Origin: Eledone cirrhosa
Lineage: Eukaryota
Length of the DNA stretch: 64,000 bases
Direction of reading: 5' to 3'
NCBI GenBank assembly: GCA_964016885.1
Contig: OZ024743.1
Coordinates: 32,984,001 to 33,048,000 of the forward strand
Each line of letters begins with the position of its first letter. Within the stretch, counting starts at the first letter, position 1. The translations under genes were made by a program, and so were the position numbers. Of this stretch, positions 37,801-51,700 are shown piece by piece. The notes under the pieces are model-generated. The model made no database searches, was not told where the DNA came from, and saw only the letters and a program-made list of their open reading frames with translations.

Positions 37801-40800
37801 CCATTAGACCAACTAAGCTGCCACACATAGGGTGTAGACCTCCGAGATAAGCCTTACTGAATCTTAAAGTAACACAGTTTTATATTTTCAAATTCCAACA
37901 AAAATTAGTGATAAGACTATGATTTGAAACAAAATGTTGAAATTTAATTAAGTTAATACACTAATCACTACAAAGCGAGCTTTGGCTGAGTTATTTACAA
38001 AATTAATCAACTGGAATGTGAGTAACCATTATCTCCAACACTGCATTACATATTTGAAATTGGTTAGTATGATATCCAAAAAGATATTTTATAAAACTGA
38101 ACAGGAATTGAAATATTTAAGATAAATTTCTTAATGACTCAGACAGGATGCTTTGTAGTATCTGATCCAGCTCTGATCTGAGTTCAAATCACATCTTCCT
38201 CTTCCTGCCAGGAGATAATATCAGCAATTGAAAGACTAATGGAAACATTGATTCCTTGGCTCTTTCCTTTTTCTTAGAAGGTATCCCATTGCTAGATAGA
38301 TAGCAATGAGATAGATGATAGATTATATTTCATTAATATATGGTTTTTATTAAGTTGGCGGGGGGGGGGTCGTTTATAAATATTGCTATTTTTTCATTAA
38401 TCTTTTACAAATACTTATATTTCGGATTTGTGATAATCTCTTAGTTAGATTTTTATATTCGTTCACCATTTTGTTATGTTAATATTCAATAGTTAGTTAA
38501 GGTTAATATGTAGAATTTGTACAAATTGTAGGCAGTATTCCCTTAAACATTTTTCATACATAATGCTTTGGATATTGAATTGACAACAGGCAAATTTTTG
38601 ATATTATATTTTGGATATGAATTTATTTAAAAGCAATTCCATTAGTGAAGAAGCATTTTAGCCATTCAACAACATTGTTAAATTCACTTGACATTATTTT
38701 TTGCCAAATCTTATATTGTACAGTAAAACTGGGACAATGACTAAGATGCAAATAGAGCAACAAAACTTTTCACACCAAGAAATAAATGTAAATTGTTTAC
38801 TATAGTCTTTGTGTAATTTTGAATGGCTAAAATATCTCTTCTGCCTCATTTTGGTTGCTTTAGTTTCAACATACAGTCACAGTTAATGTCACTTGCCAGA
38901 CAGGTGCACCTCTGAAATTTATCTTAAATCTTATCCTAAAACTTTATCAAATATTCAACATAGTGTATTTAATAATTGATGATTTTTTTAAGCCTCAGTA
39001 TTCTAATTTCATGTTGGTGTGCAGTGATAAATTGTTATATATGTAAAATTTATTAGATTAATTATATAAGCTATATAATAAAAACTTGCATAATATGAAG
39101 TTTTTGAAAGTTTATCTGTTGCTCAATATTTGCCCTCAAATTTAGTGTTGAAATAATTTGTTTCATAATGCAAGTTATTTTGTCCTATTTTAATTAATAT
39201 CATTTTTAAAATATATTGTTAAAGTTTTGAATTTTCATGTTTTTTTAGTTTCACTTTTTTAGTATTCAATTTGTAAGCAAAAATTTCATTCTATAAAACA
39301 TTGCTTTATCATAATCAAAATACAAACAAGAAAACTATTAATAATTGTTCGTTAAAACTTCATCTCATTATTTAGCTATTGTTCATTCATCCTTCCATTG
39401 TTTCATCCTTACTTTTTATCATTTCATTCTTTTTGTTAATGGTTGTCTAATAGCCAGTTTTCTTTTATCATGCTACTGTAATTATTTTGGTTTGGAACTA
39501 TGCCATGGCTATTTCACAGCCATTTATCTATGTAGTACCATTATAGCAAAATTGATATATAGTAGAAAAAGAAAACGAATACTCATGTGATTGCTGTTAT
39601 TTGATTACTTAAGTAAACCAGTTAGTCTATCAGAATATTTTTTTAATTCTTTCATAGTTAATTATATAATGTATTAGATGGTGCTTATAGCAAAGGCAAT
39701 ACAATACAAATGTTGCTATTTTTATTCCCCTTTCTGACTATTCTTGCTCTATTTATATAGAATGCCACATCACTTATCACTTATGATGAAGCCTAGATGG
39801 AACATAAAAAACATGATTAAATAGATTCAGTGAGTGAGTTCTGAACATTTTGTCTGTCTACCAAATGGAAAATTGTCTCAATTGGAGATGATATGATATT
39901 GTCAGGAATTCTGTAAAATCACTTTTGTAGATTGTTACTAAAGAATGTTCAGCTCACTGACATGTTTTGTTTGTTGTTTCTTTTTTGTGTACAACAAACC
40001 AGAAGAATTTTATTGTGATATTCTTCTAATGTAATTTAAAAGATTGGGTATTGTTTTGTACATTATCTATTGGATTTTAGCATTTCCAATTTAATGATAC
40101 AAATGGAATTTTTTTTCTGCCTTTCATTTAGACAATTTAAAATAAACTACCAGTAAATGTAAAAAAGACTATAGTTGCTACTCTACTTAAAATCAAAAAC
40201 AAAAAAAAACTTCCTTTTGTTGTTGTCATTCTATCTGAAAAACTGGCATTGGAAAACCCAAAATTATTGTTTTCAGAAGGCATGGGACAAAACATCCCAG
40301 GATAAATTGTTAGCTCAGAATTACATATGCTCTGGCTGAGGATGAGATGAAGACCCAATAAAACATACTATTTCTTTGAAAGTTCAAGCTATTTAGAATG
40401 TACGATATAATTGTTGTGATGCAAGAAGACTCAACTCACCATGGAGAGCTCAGGTTGTAGTAACAAAAGAAAATACAAACAAACATTATAAATAAAACTT
40501 TATCACTGATGTTTCAAACACAGTCAATATTTGTGATCTTCCTGATACATATCCAGTGTCTTTCATTATCAAGTTCATACATATAATATCTCAACGTTTA
40601 TATTTTTGCAAGGTTGTTATATCATGATGCTTGAATTTTTCCCCTTTCTTTTAAGCTGTTAGGCTGTAGCATTCATTAAATAAAGTCTTTGGCATATAAA
40701 TATCTTACCATTACATTTTACAAAGATGGTTTTAAACAGCATTTTCTTCTGACAGATTCATGTCACAAGCTATGAGTGTTTCATTTATTATGCAACATCA

Positions 40801-41439
40801 GAGGAAGGAAAAATCTTTCAAGAAACTTGTACAGAAAATCATTGCCTGTGTTCTCTCCAGCCTGAAGGATAATCATTACATCTGAGTGCAATTTATTTAT
40901 GCATTAATCTTGATACTCTATTTTCCCAATTTAGCTTTTTGTTTATTTTTTTAAAAAAACCAATGATTTTAGAAAGATACTTTAATCTAGTGATTTCTGG
41001 ATTCTAAATAAATGATTAAAATACCAACAAAGACTAATGAATGCATTTCGTAAAGTTTAATTTACTTACATATTCTTTTTTTATTTTCCCATTATCTTCA
41101 TTATCTGCTCTTGTATTGTTTAGGCAAAATTACAATGTATGAACCTAATTATTGTAAATAGTAGTAAAGGAAATCTGTTCTATTTTATTCGTCTTGACAA
41201 AAAAATTTCCCAGTGTCTCTTTACTAACAATAAACATCTAAAGTAAAGAAAACCCAGCATTTTCACATTTGCGCTAGTCTATTCTGCTACTTGTAAATTT
41301 GTAATTTTTATAGTCTTTTGTTTTTGTTATTGCCTGTCCTATGATCCATCAATATCATTCATGCTAACTCTTAGTCTTCTCTTTCCTAATAAACCAGGAA
41401 AATTTGCTTTTACTACAACACTTTTATTATTCTTCTTCT

Positions 41440-42540
41440 TGCTCTTGCTTGATGAGACTGGGGTCATTCTAGGACAGTGATTCCAGAGGCATCATTGTGC
41501 TTAGAGCCAACCAGGTCCACCAGTGCCCTCCATCGCTGGCAGCCCCATGCCAGCCCGTCTGCATCTTCCAAGGTGACATCGAGCCTTTGGAGATCTTCCT
41601 TGATGAGATCCAGGCATCTGGCGTGGGGCCTACTATGAGGCCTCTTCCAGGTTGTAGCTGCTGCATCAAACAAGAGTAAGGCCCTGGTAAAATAGCGCAT
41701 GTGGTGGATGGCTTTGAGGTGGGAGGCTGTGGGCTGATGCATGCAGACAATTCTTTGTTGGAAACATGATGGTAACATCTGATGTTCTCAATGGTCCTCA
41801 ATGCTCTGCAATTGAAGCCATCAATCTTCTTTGCCAGAGTCTTTGTAAGGGGCCACATTTCTGCTCCAAAGAGGAGAGCAGAGAGATATGGAGCTTCATC
41901 TTCCAGGAGATAGAACACTGGTGCCAAAGGGGCTTCCATAGGGACTGCATGACCCTGCCGGCCAGACCACATCTACGGTTGATCTCCACTGTCAGATATC
42001 CAGTGTTGATGACTGTCAAACCCAGGTAAATGAAGGAGCTGACAAACTCCATGACGTCAGGCCAATATGAAGTGGAGAGGATCCAGATCACTGCTGACAT
42101 ATATCAGGAGGAATCAGCAAAGCTTGGCCTTCAGGTGAGCTCTGCAGCTCACCTGAAGGCCAAGCTTTGCTGATTCCTCCTGATATATGGTCAGTGCATC
42201 CCTGAGCTGAATAATCGAGTTGCTGAATAGGTTGGTGTCATCCACATACTCCAGATCAGTAAGGTGATAGTTTCCAAAAGTAACACCAAAAACTCGCTCA
42301 GAGACCTTGGTCAATAGTCAATGACACAGTTGAAGAGGTCAGGGGCAACTATGCAGTCCTGTCTCACCCTGCTGTTGATGAGGAATCCGCTGGAATCCTT
42401 CCTATTCATCCACATGCTACTCTCGGCACTGCTAGAGAGCTGTTGGAATAGGGTGGTGATCATGGGAGAATTTTCCAGAGGGATGCATGGTCGACCATGT
42501 CAAAACCAGCCTTGAGGTTGATGAAGACAACAAACCTCTA
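41440..42540 (-). mobile_element. Degraded LINE (RTE-like, third family) RT/3' region
   Basis: DLEYVDDTNLFS (YADD-like), SSFIYLG, EINRRCGLA, LLFGAEMWPLTK, RPHARCLDLIKEDL across shifted frames. (AAG/AAT)n-like tail near 41425-41440. Confidence 0.85.
42098..42189. repeat. Perfect inverted repeat, 44-bp arms, 4-nt loop
   Basis: 42098-42141 is the exact reverse complement of 42146-42189. Confidence 0.97.
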
Positions 42541-43714
42541 TTTTGTCATAAAAACCAACCATGTAAGTTGGACTGCTTCTTAAGGTAATTCATTCACATT
42601 TCTACTTGCCAGTGTAAATGTTCCAATCTACACTCCTCTATTCAATATTACTTCCCATTAATCGAAATCACTTTCATATTACCCCCAGAGTTAGCCTGAA
42701 CCTGATTCCAAATTACTCCTGTACTGTTTGCATTACTGACCTCTCTGATTTATCTGAAATACTAAATTCTGCTTGTTTTAATCTTCAGATTATACTTTAG
42801 TTTAGAACATACCAGTTTCCTTATCACTGTGTAATATTGTTTTGCTTAATTTAGACATTATTGGTTTCAAGATATATTATGTTTTTTATAAGATTATTGA
42901 TATGATTTCATAACAATATTTACAGAGATTTTACCTGATGCTAACTATGAGAATTGTTTTTCCTAAAAATTACATTGTTTGGTAAAAATATTTATATTAA
43001 GTTAGCAAGAGTTGTTAAAGCATTAGAGCCTCGAGATTTCTGTTCCAGTTCTATAAACTTTGAACTGAAATCTTGCTGCAGTTAAATTTGCTTTCCTTCT
43101 TTTGGAGTTGATAAATTACCATCCAAGGATAATCACTTCTCCCAGGTGAGTCACATTTTAGGGAAATTAGGGAGATAAGCATGATGACACATATGGTGTC
43201 ATGGGTGTATAGAAAGAATGGCAAGGTTTAAAGAGATGATGTGTGGTGGGAGTGGATAGTGCAAGTTATGTTTATTAACAGCTTACTTTAGAAGATTGAC
43301 TTAAGAAACTTACTCAATGATTATGTATGTAAATATTAACTTTACCAGTAGATGCAGGTTAGGCTCTGAATTTCTCTTTGCAAACACAAGGTCTCGAGTT
43401 CAACCCCACTATATGGCATCCTGGGCAAGTGTATTTACTATAGCCTCAGGTTGCCCAAAGCATCATGAGTAATATTGAATAGATGGAGACTGTTGAAGCC
43501 TCTAGGTATACTGCATCAATAATTCAAAAGTCCAGCCTTGTCACATATTGTGTCATGCTGATTTAGCTTATGAAGGGTATTGAGGGTACATGTCTGTGTA
43601 AAATTCAACCATGTTAATTCATGAATTCACCAATCAGTTGATTGAATGCTCATTGTCAAAACCAATGATTGATTTATGAGCATTATTTACCAATTTCGGT
43701 GGATTATTTACCAA

Positions 43715-43886
43715 GGGCGGTGGATTGGCAGTATCGGTAGAGGGTCTGACACCATGCTTTGACACCTTGCCATTCTGAGTTCAAATCCCGCCGAGGTTAA
43801 CTTTGCTTTCATCCTCACGGGGTCAATGAAATAAAGTATCAGTAATGCACTGGATAATTGCTGGCCTTGTGCCAAAAGTAGAAACA
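43715..43886 (+). mobile_element. SINE-A with triplicated target site
   Basis: attatttaccaa at 43682, 43703 and 43887. Confidence 0.92.
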
Positions 43887-44329
43887 ATTATTTACCAATT
43901 TCTCTCTCAGCTCTGTGATATTGATATAAGGCCCATGCAGATTTAGTAATGCAAACATTGGTTATCTGAAATTTATTACATATATTGTAGCTGGATAATT
44001 TTATAACACTAGTTCTATCAAACCCATCAGATTTTACTCATATTAAAACCAGGCAAAATAATTTGCTGACGTCTTTCAAACTTAGAAGAAATAATTCTAT
44101 ATTATTAGTCTATTCTCCTATTTTAGTTCTTTTCTGCTTTAGGCATTTACAAGAATACTTTGTAAAAAGTCCATATATTTGCTGTAGACAGATGGAAATA
44201 TATAATAACCATTTAAATTGTATGTCTAAGTTATTAAACCAGTATATCTGCATTTCAGTTGTAATTCATGTATGTTGCCTATTTGAATAAAACATCTGCC
44301 TACTTCTTGTCAGTATTAATATACATGTA

Positions 44330-44358
44330 TATATGCATACATACACACATGCAAACAT

Positions 44359-44405
<47 letters not shown>

Positions 44406-44406
44406 T
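44330..44406. repeat. (AC)n microsatellite
   Basis: Direct reading. Confidence 0.95.
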
Positions 44407-45445
44407 TCGTTAAAAACTATGTTTTTACATATAATATCATAATCCAATTGAGTAACAACATTATGTAAGAAAATCATATTTGAAATCAGTTTATTGTTTT
44501 GTTATTAGAAGATAATTAGATATAATTTTATAAGCAATTGAAAATAAATACATGAGGAATATTGCTCTGCTTTACTTGACTGCTACAGAATATTTATCAT
44601 TGATGCTGCACTCAACATTGATATCATCTGCAATTTAACTTTTCTTTTGATATGTTAATATAATTAAGATAATAATTAACACTACTTTGCATTTAACTAA
44701 ATCATAAATCTTTAAACTTATCACTAACTTACACCAATTAACAACACATTCTAATTCTGTAATCCAGTTTGTTTATAAGTAAGCGATATAAAATGTAAGA
44801 GAGAAGCAAGAAGAAAATTTGAAATTAAATATTAAAAAAAGGACATTTAAGAATCCTCAATGGCAGACAAAGATTTAGAAGCAGCGAGAAGGAATATCTT
44901 TTAATTTAAAAAGCTGCCTATTACATGATACCGAAATTAACATAAGATGATACCTAGATACTTAAAGAAGAAATAGAGGGTTATAGCATAGAAGTTAGAT
45001 ACAAACTTCAGACCTCTAATGTCCTTTATCTCCAAAATTTTGGTTTCCTCTGCCACATTGTGACAAGGATATCATGCTTCAGAAAGGTACCCTGTAAGTT
45101 GAAATGGCTAATGCAGTGGGTATCACTGGCTGTTCTCTGCAGCAACACTTTCAGCATCCTCTTTAAAAGGTACAGCTGAGATATAGCACCCAAACAAGGA
45201 TGAATAGTTCGACCCCTCCTCATTTCTCATTCCCTTTAATAGACGAGTCTCTGACCAGAAATTTAACAGCATTATGGTGGAATTGCACTGTAGTTTGGGC
45301 TGCATGTGCTATATATATATGAACTGGAAAAAATGAAAGAAAGGAGGTTGTAAGAAGTAATAGAAGGAAGCTATGTAGGATATGTTATGTGCCATAAGGG
45401 TGAAAGCTATGAAGTGATATAGATAATAAAGGTGAGGAGATTCAT

Positions 45446-46547
45446 ATCATCATCATCATCACCGTTTTACATCCATTCTTCCACGCTAGCATGGGTTAGA
45501 CGGGTTGTCCTGTCGTGGGCAGTAGCCAGTCAGCTGACCATGCCTTGCTTATACGGGAACTGATTCTGGCTTGATTTCTACAGCTGGATGCCCTTCCTAA
45601 CACCAACCTCATTTACAGTGAGTGCTGGGTGCTTTTTTGCCGTGCCACCTACACGTCCACTTTACAGTGTGGGCTGGGTGCTTTTTGCCGTGGCACCTCC
45701 ATGACCACTTTGCAGTGGGAGGGTGTGGGGGCACATTGTCTATATGCTTCAGCTTCGGCTTGTTCCCATGGGGGGTCGGGTCTTCTGTATTACTGCGTGA
45801 CGCCAGAGGTCACGGTCGTGTGTCATCGCCTTTGAGAGGTGTAATTGGGTAAGGTCGGCTTTTATCACCTCATTCCAGGTCTTCTTCAGTCTCTCCACTC
45901 CACGGTTTCCATCGACATCTAGTGCTCTGCACCTTTTTATGCAGCTGTCATCCTTCATACGCATCACATGTCCATACCAATGCAACCGCCTCTCCTGCAC
46001 ACAGCATTTGATTCCTCTTATGCTCAGTGTCTCTCTCTTAATTCGTTTATGCTTTGCCGTTCACGTATATTACTATTACACATCTATCAGTGCATGCAGG
46101 CTTCATTTCTTTCCAATTTACTCAAGTCTTCCACATTCAGCACCCAGGTCTCACTACCATGTAATATTTCTGTTCGTATACACGCATCATACAGTCTGCC
46201 TTTCATTTTGAAGGAAAAGCCTTTTGCAGCTAGCAGTGGCAGTAGCTCCCTGAACTTCTTCCATCTCGTTCTTACCCTAGTTATTGTACATTCCGAACAC
46301 CCACCTCCGCTGCTAATTCGGTCACCTAGGTAGCAGAAGCTGTCTACTGTTTCTACAGAGCCCTCCCAGAGATTGGTGGTACTTGTTTCCTGTGGCTGTT
46401 TGCTGCTTGCTGTCCCAGCACAGCTGCTACAAATGAATCCTACATTCTTAGTTAAGCTTCCTGAGATCCCACTACATCTCTTGTGTACCCATTATTTGCA
46501 TTTAGGGCAGAGAATGGAGTTTCTACCTACACCTTTCCTACATACTG
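45446..46547 (-). mobile_element. 5'-truncated copy of the same RTE LINE (~1.1 kb)
   Basis: Reverse complement matches about 33359-34450, including most of the PHD finger, with stops/indels. (CAT)n tail at 45446-45461. Confidence 0.95.
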
Positions 46548-48781
46548 CTTGAAAATCATTAAGTGTGAGCCTGCTCTGTGTGGCACTAAAAAGAAAGGTG
46601 TGTAGAAATGTTACAAATATTAAAAGTTATTGAAAGAGGAATATAAGTGGTGCTGGGAGAACCTACCCTATATGAAACTATCCCTGGACTCTGTATTGAG
46701 ATAAGTTTTACCAATATTTGTAAGGTATAACTGAAAGCAACATATTCTTAAAGTTTAAAAAGGTAATGCAGTAAACGTGTTATCCTAAGTAGTTAGTGAG
46801 GCACTCCAGAGGGGTAGATAAAAATGTATGACTCCAGATCTCAAATACTGAGCTTCACAAATATGATGATACAAGTTAAATACAAGTAGTAATATACTGT
46901 CATCTGACCTATATAACTATGGTGAAATGGAAGTAAAAATAATGATGATAATTATTCAAAATATATGCTCAGCTTTCAAATGTTATTTGTCATTATTGTT
47001 GACTTTAACAAGAAATATACAGTAAGAAACCAGCCATTAATACAAACATTATGTTTGCAAAAATCAAACCCATTTTATTTCATTTTGTTTTATTTCATCC
47101 AGCTCTTTAGTAGAATATATCTTTTTAATATATATAATTTCCTGGTACTATTGTTTTCTGTCAAATATGTTGGTTAAAATATATGATTTTTTTTTTTAAA
47201 TATAGTTTTATCAGTTTTTTTTCTTTTTCTTTCTAATATAGCTTTACCTATTAGTTTGTTTTTTTTTGGGGGGGGGGGGGGGCAGTAATAAGATATCCTA
47301 TGAAAATTAGAAGTTGGTATGTAAGAAACATGATGTGCATTTTCATACACAAAATTGAGTTAAATGGTTTCAGAGCTATTTTAAAATTCAACAAAGAATC
47401 TATGCTTGTATTTTAGATTAGGTGTTGATGCAAAGGCAAAGAATTTATAAAATACAATCAAAATGTGAGCATCTATTGGAATTCAAACCTATGTATTTGT
47501 ACACTCACACAATTTCACTGCCAGGAGTCACTTGAATGTACATCAATGAGATCATAGTTTTGATCGAAACACACATGTACTCTCCTATGAGATATTTGTT
47601 TACTTTCATCACTAACAAAGTTCTGATTGACTGAATTTGCTTTTTAGTTCCTTAACCCAAATGTGGTGTGTATCATCTAATTTGCTTGGGCCAGCTAAGG
47701 AATATAAATTCCTTAGCTAGCTCCAGTACATTAGTAACTTCATATATGATGTTTACATTACACAGTTGAATCAAAATCTTTGAAGATCAGTCAAGCATTA
47801 AATGAAGAAAACATATCTATATTTTTTTAACTAAAGGCTTCAAACATCAAAAATATATTTGAACTGTTACACAAGTAAACAAATTCAATATTTCATTTAC
47901 TTCAATTGAAATAAACTAGACAGATATAAAAATGAGGAAGATGATGTTCATAGCTACAACTGAGTAAAACTTAAATATTTCAACAATGGTAGATTTAAAT
48001 TGAAATTGGTAAAGAAAGAACCAACCCTTCTTCCTAATCAATGCACAAATTGGGAACAGATGTTAATGGATGGATTGATTGCAATTCTAATTTCTTGTCT
48101 GTTTTAAAAGCAAATATACTGAAGCAGCACATATTAAGGCATATGATTGCAATACTAATTTGAACAATTAGGAAACATTAGCAATAGTAATGTTAATGAA
48201 GCATTACTTTCACAAAGCCATCTGCATCTACAATGCAAGGAAGATAATTGATCAATGACAAAACACTTTTATATTTTTTCTTGGTATATTCTTCCTTATA
48301 GTCATGATTTACTGTTCATTTTATATAATTATAAGTCAAACCTTTTCAGAATTCAAGTATTCTGTCTTTGTATTTATTGCTTTCTTTTCTCAACAAAGGA
48401 CATATTTTCAGATGAACTCTCAAGTAGTGTTTAATGCTGTGCTCATTTACAGTAAGAGCAACTTCCATGAATAGGAATGTTGTTGGTAATATTCTTAAAG
48501 TGAAAGATTATAATGAATTTTCACAATAACTAAACATGTTTATATTTATTTATTTAGAATATAAAACACATATGGCTTATAATCTATTCAAAACTGTAAC
48601 ATTCTGAGTTTTATTTATGTTTATATATATATATATATATGGAATTCTGTATGGAGTTTGAAACTTCAATGATATATATTTATAATTGTTTTATTTATTT
48701 ACAGTATACAACCTCTTTCATGCAGCAAAAAGTGATTTTTGTTTGAAAGACAGTCCTAATCTCCTTACTGATTACATTTAA

Positions 48782-48821
48782 TCTCTCTCTCTCTCTCTCT
48801 CTCACTCTCTCTCTCTCTCTC

Positions 48822-48865
<44 letters not shown>
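48782..48865. repeat. (CT)n microsatellite
   Basis: Direct reading. Confidence 0.97.
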
Positions 48866-48870
<5 letters not shown>

Positions 48871-49214
48871 TTATTTCTTTGATTATTGCACTATTTGTTA
48901 GATACAGTTTAGATACTGATATAACTTTGCTTTTCATCATTCCACATGCAGTAAAGTAAGAACCATGTTTTCAAATGTTAGTTTAAATAGCAGGATTTTT
49001 TTCCTAATTTAATCAACAGGCTCTTTCTCAAACTGAATCATTGTTTTCTTCAAATGATAAATAACCAAATTATAAATTATAAAATTCCTGGCATATAACT
49101 TGTTTTTTTTTCAAATGTAAAGGTAATGTCTGGCTAGAAAGATATTAAATTCTACACAGTTTGATTAAGAAATTATTATTTTTATTGTTCATCTATATTA
49201 TTTTAAAACTATAT

Positions 49215-49429
49215 TGGCAGTGGATTGGCAGTATTAGTAGAACGTCACACACTCTGCTTCGTGGCAGAGAGTTATGGCCCTTTACTTTCTGAGTTCAAAT
49301 CCTGCCGAGTTTAGCTTTGTCTTTTATCCTTATGTGGTTGATAAAATAAAGCACCAGTAAGTACTGGGGTTGATTTAATTGACTTTCCCCGCCCCCAGTA
49401 TTGCTGGCCTTGTGCCGATAATAGAAATC
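49215..49429 (+). mobile_element. SINE-A long variant (extra gtcgatttaatcgac-type hairpin)
   Basis: TSD attattttaaa(a)ctatat on both sides. Confidence 0.9.
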
Positions 49430-50106
49430 ATTATTTTAAACTATATAAGCCATGGATACGAACTGATTTGGTATTTTACTGTTTTCAGTTAAAATAAATT
49501 TAAGGCTTCATTTTAAACTCTAGTGTCTCATATTCTACTGCCATCAAATTACGACTCTTAAGGAAAAAGATAAAAAAGTGAAAAATCTGATTATCATATT
49601 AGATCAAGGAAACCATTAGTGGTACTTTCTGCTGGATGCAATTCTTGGCAGAAGGAAGTAGGCTTTGAACTCAGAACACACAGAGCTGGATCTGCAAAGC
49701 ATACCATTCAACTCTTTTAACAACTTGGACTGCTACTTTATTTATTAACCCTGTAAGAATGACAGGCAGCAACAACAATCTAAAATCAAAGATGACCATC
49801 AACTGGTTTGATATAATCAATCTCAAAGCTTGTAAATATCATGGATGCTCCCCAGCACTATACTAATTCTGATATTGGAATGAAGCAACATGCAGCTTAG
49901 CTTCTATCCTGCTATAATAATTATATTATGTCATTGACAGTTATGATCATATCAGAAATTATCATCATTTATTGTACCATTGTGATGACTAAGCATTCTA
50001 TGATTTGATTGTGGAAAATATTTTTTTTACTTTTCTCTTTTTCATTAGTTGTCACATTTTGTTATTTTCATCACTATTATCTTCATTGTTACCTTCATCT
50101 TCTTAT

Positions 50107-50444
50107 GGAGGCACATGGTTTAGTGGTTAGAGCATTGGCCTTGCAATCGAAAGGTTGTGAGTTCAATTCTCAGATGTGTTGTTTCCTTGAGCAAGACACT
50201 TTATTTCACATTGCTCCAGTTTACTCAGCTGTAGAAATGAGATGATAGGGACCCCGTCCCTATCATTCCACTGCAAAGTGGTCGTGGAGGTGCCACAGCA
50301 AAAAAGCACCTAGCACTCACTGTAAATGAGGTTGGTGTTAGGAAGGGCATCCAGCTGTAGACATCAAGCCAGAATCAGTTCCTGTCCCACCCTTGCAAGC
50401 AGGGAAAAGTGGACGTAAAATGAAATGATGATGATGATGATGAT
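50107..50444 (+). mobile_element. SINE-B, second copy with (GAT)n tail
   Basis: Near-identical to 13804-14135; ends ggacgtaaaatgaaat(gat)n. Confidence 0.9.
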
Positions 50445-51120
50445 CTTCCTCGTCCTACCAGTGTTGGTCACTACTAGTGTTTTTGTTTAACCTTCACACT
50501 AATTCCCTCTCTTCAATTTAAGTAAGATTTACAACATATTTTAATGATGATCTTACAGTCTTAGCTTGTATATGTTTATCTATTTGTCTGCAATTGAAAA
50601 TATTTGAGAATTTACCATTTGTATAAATCAGTTTAACAATAGTCATATGTTCGTGACACCAATCTAGGGTTCCACTTCTCCTCACAGTATAAATAACAGC
50701 CATTAGTAATTATAGGAGTTGCAAGGTTAAAAATAGATATCAGCATTTGCTCTATAGTGTAAGCCCAACGAAAGGATGCATTAGCTTTCTGACTCATTAT
50801 AATCATTATTATTAATAATTGAATATCCAAGTTTCCTTAATGCAATAGTTAACCTCATCTATCTGAAATCTAAATAGCTCAATAATTCAATTATTTCCAC
50901 ACAAATGAATTCATATGTTTTAGCATAATTATTTTATTTTATTTTCATTTTGACTTGGAATACAAAAGTTTAATCAAATTTAATATTTCATGGTAATTGT
51001 AGGAGTAAGGTATTCTAAGTTATAAACTGCTAGCTACCTTAGTGCACTATTAGCTCAAACTCCTTTATCTAAATTAACAAACCTCAGTATTTCTTAATAC
51101 CTGCCATTATATTTCATTCC

Positions 51121-51415
51121 TTTGCCTTTCATCCTTACGTTGTCAATAAAATAAAGTACCAGTAATACACTGGGATAATTGCTGGCCTTGTGCCAAAAGT
51201 AGAAACAATTATATTTCATTCCATAGGGCGGTGGATTGGCAGTATCGGTAGAGAGTCGGACACCATGCTTTGCAGCAAAGAGTTATGTCCCTTTATGGTC
51301 TGAGTTCAAATCCCGCCAGTTAACTTTGCCTTTCATCCTTACGGGGTCGATTAAATAAAGTACCAGCAATGCACTGAGATAATTGCTGGCCTTGTGCCAA
51401 AAGTAGAAACAATTT
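51121..51415 (+). mobile_element. Tandem SINE-A (truncated + full)
   Basis: Separated and flanked by att(a/t)tatttcattcc repeats. Confidence 0.9.
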
Positions 51416-51613
51416 TATTTCATTCCAAACTTATTTATGTTAACACTTTTCATACCAACACACCTGAGATAGCCCATTTTGAAGTGTACTATATCTAAAT
51501 TTAAACCATATCATAATTTTGAAGTTAAGAATCATCATCATCATTTTACGTCCACTTTTCCCTGCTTGCTATTCAGCACAGCATCTCTCCACTTGTCACA
51601 GTACTTCGTCATC

Positions 51614-51700
51614 GCCTTTCATCCTTACGGGGTCAATAAAATAAAGCACCAGTAATACACTGGGTAATTGCTGGCCTTGTGCCAAAAGTAGAAACAATTA
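51614..51700 (+). mobile_element. SINE-A 3' half
   Basis: gcctttcatccttacggggtc...gtagaaacaatta. Confidence 0.85.

Noticed and set aside
44860-45305. Moderately GC-rich segment with short minus-strand ORFs
   Set aside because: No protein motif or splice structure recognised; probably an unclassified TE relic.
48412-48455. Possible micro-exon (ttttcag|ATGAACTCT...TACA|gtaag)
   Set aside because: Splice-like signals only; the peptide is not recognisable as SIF.
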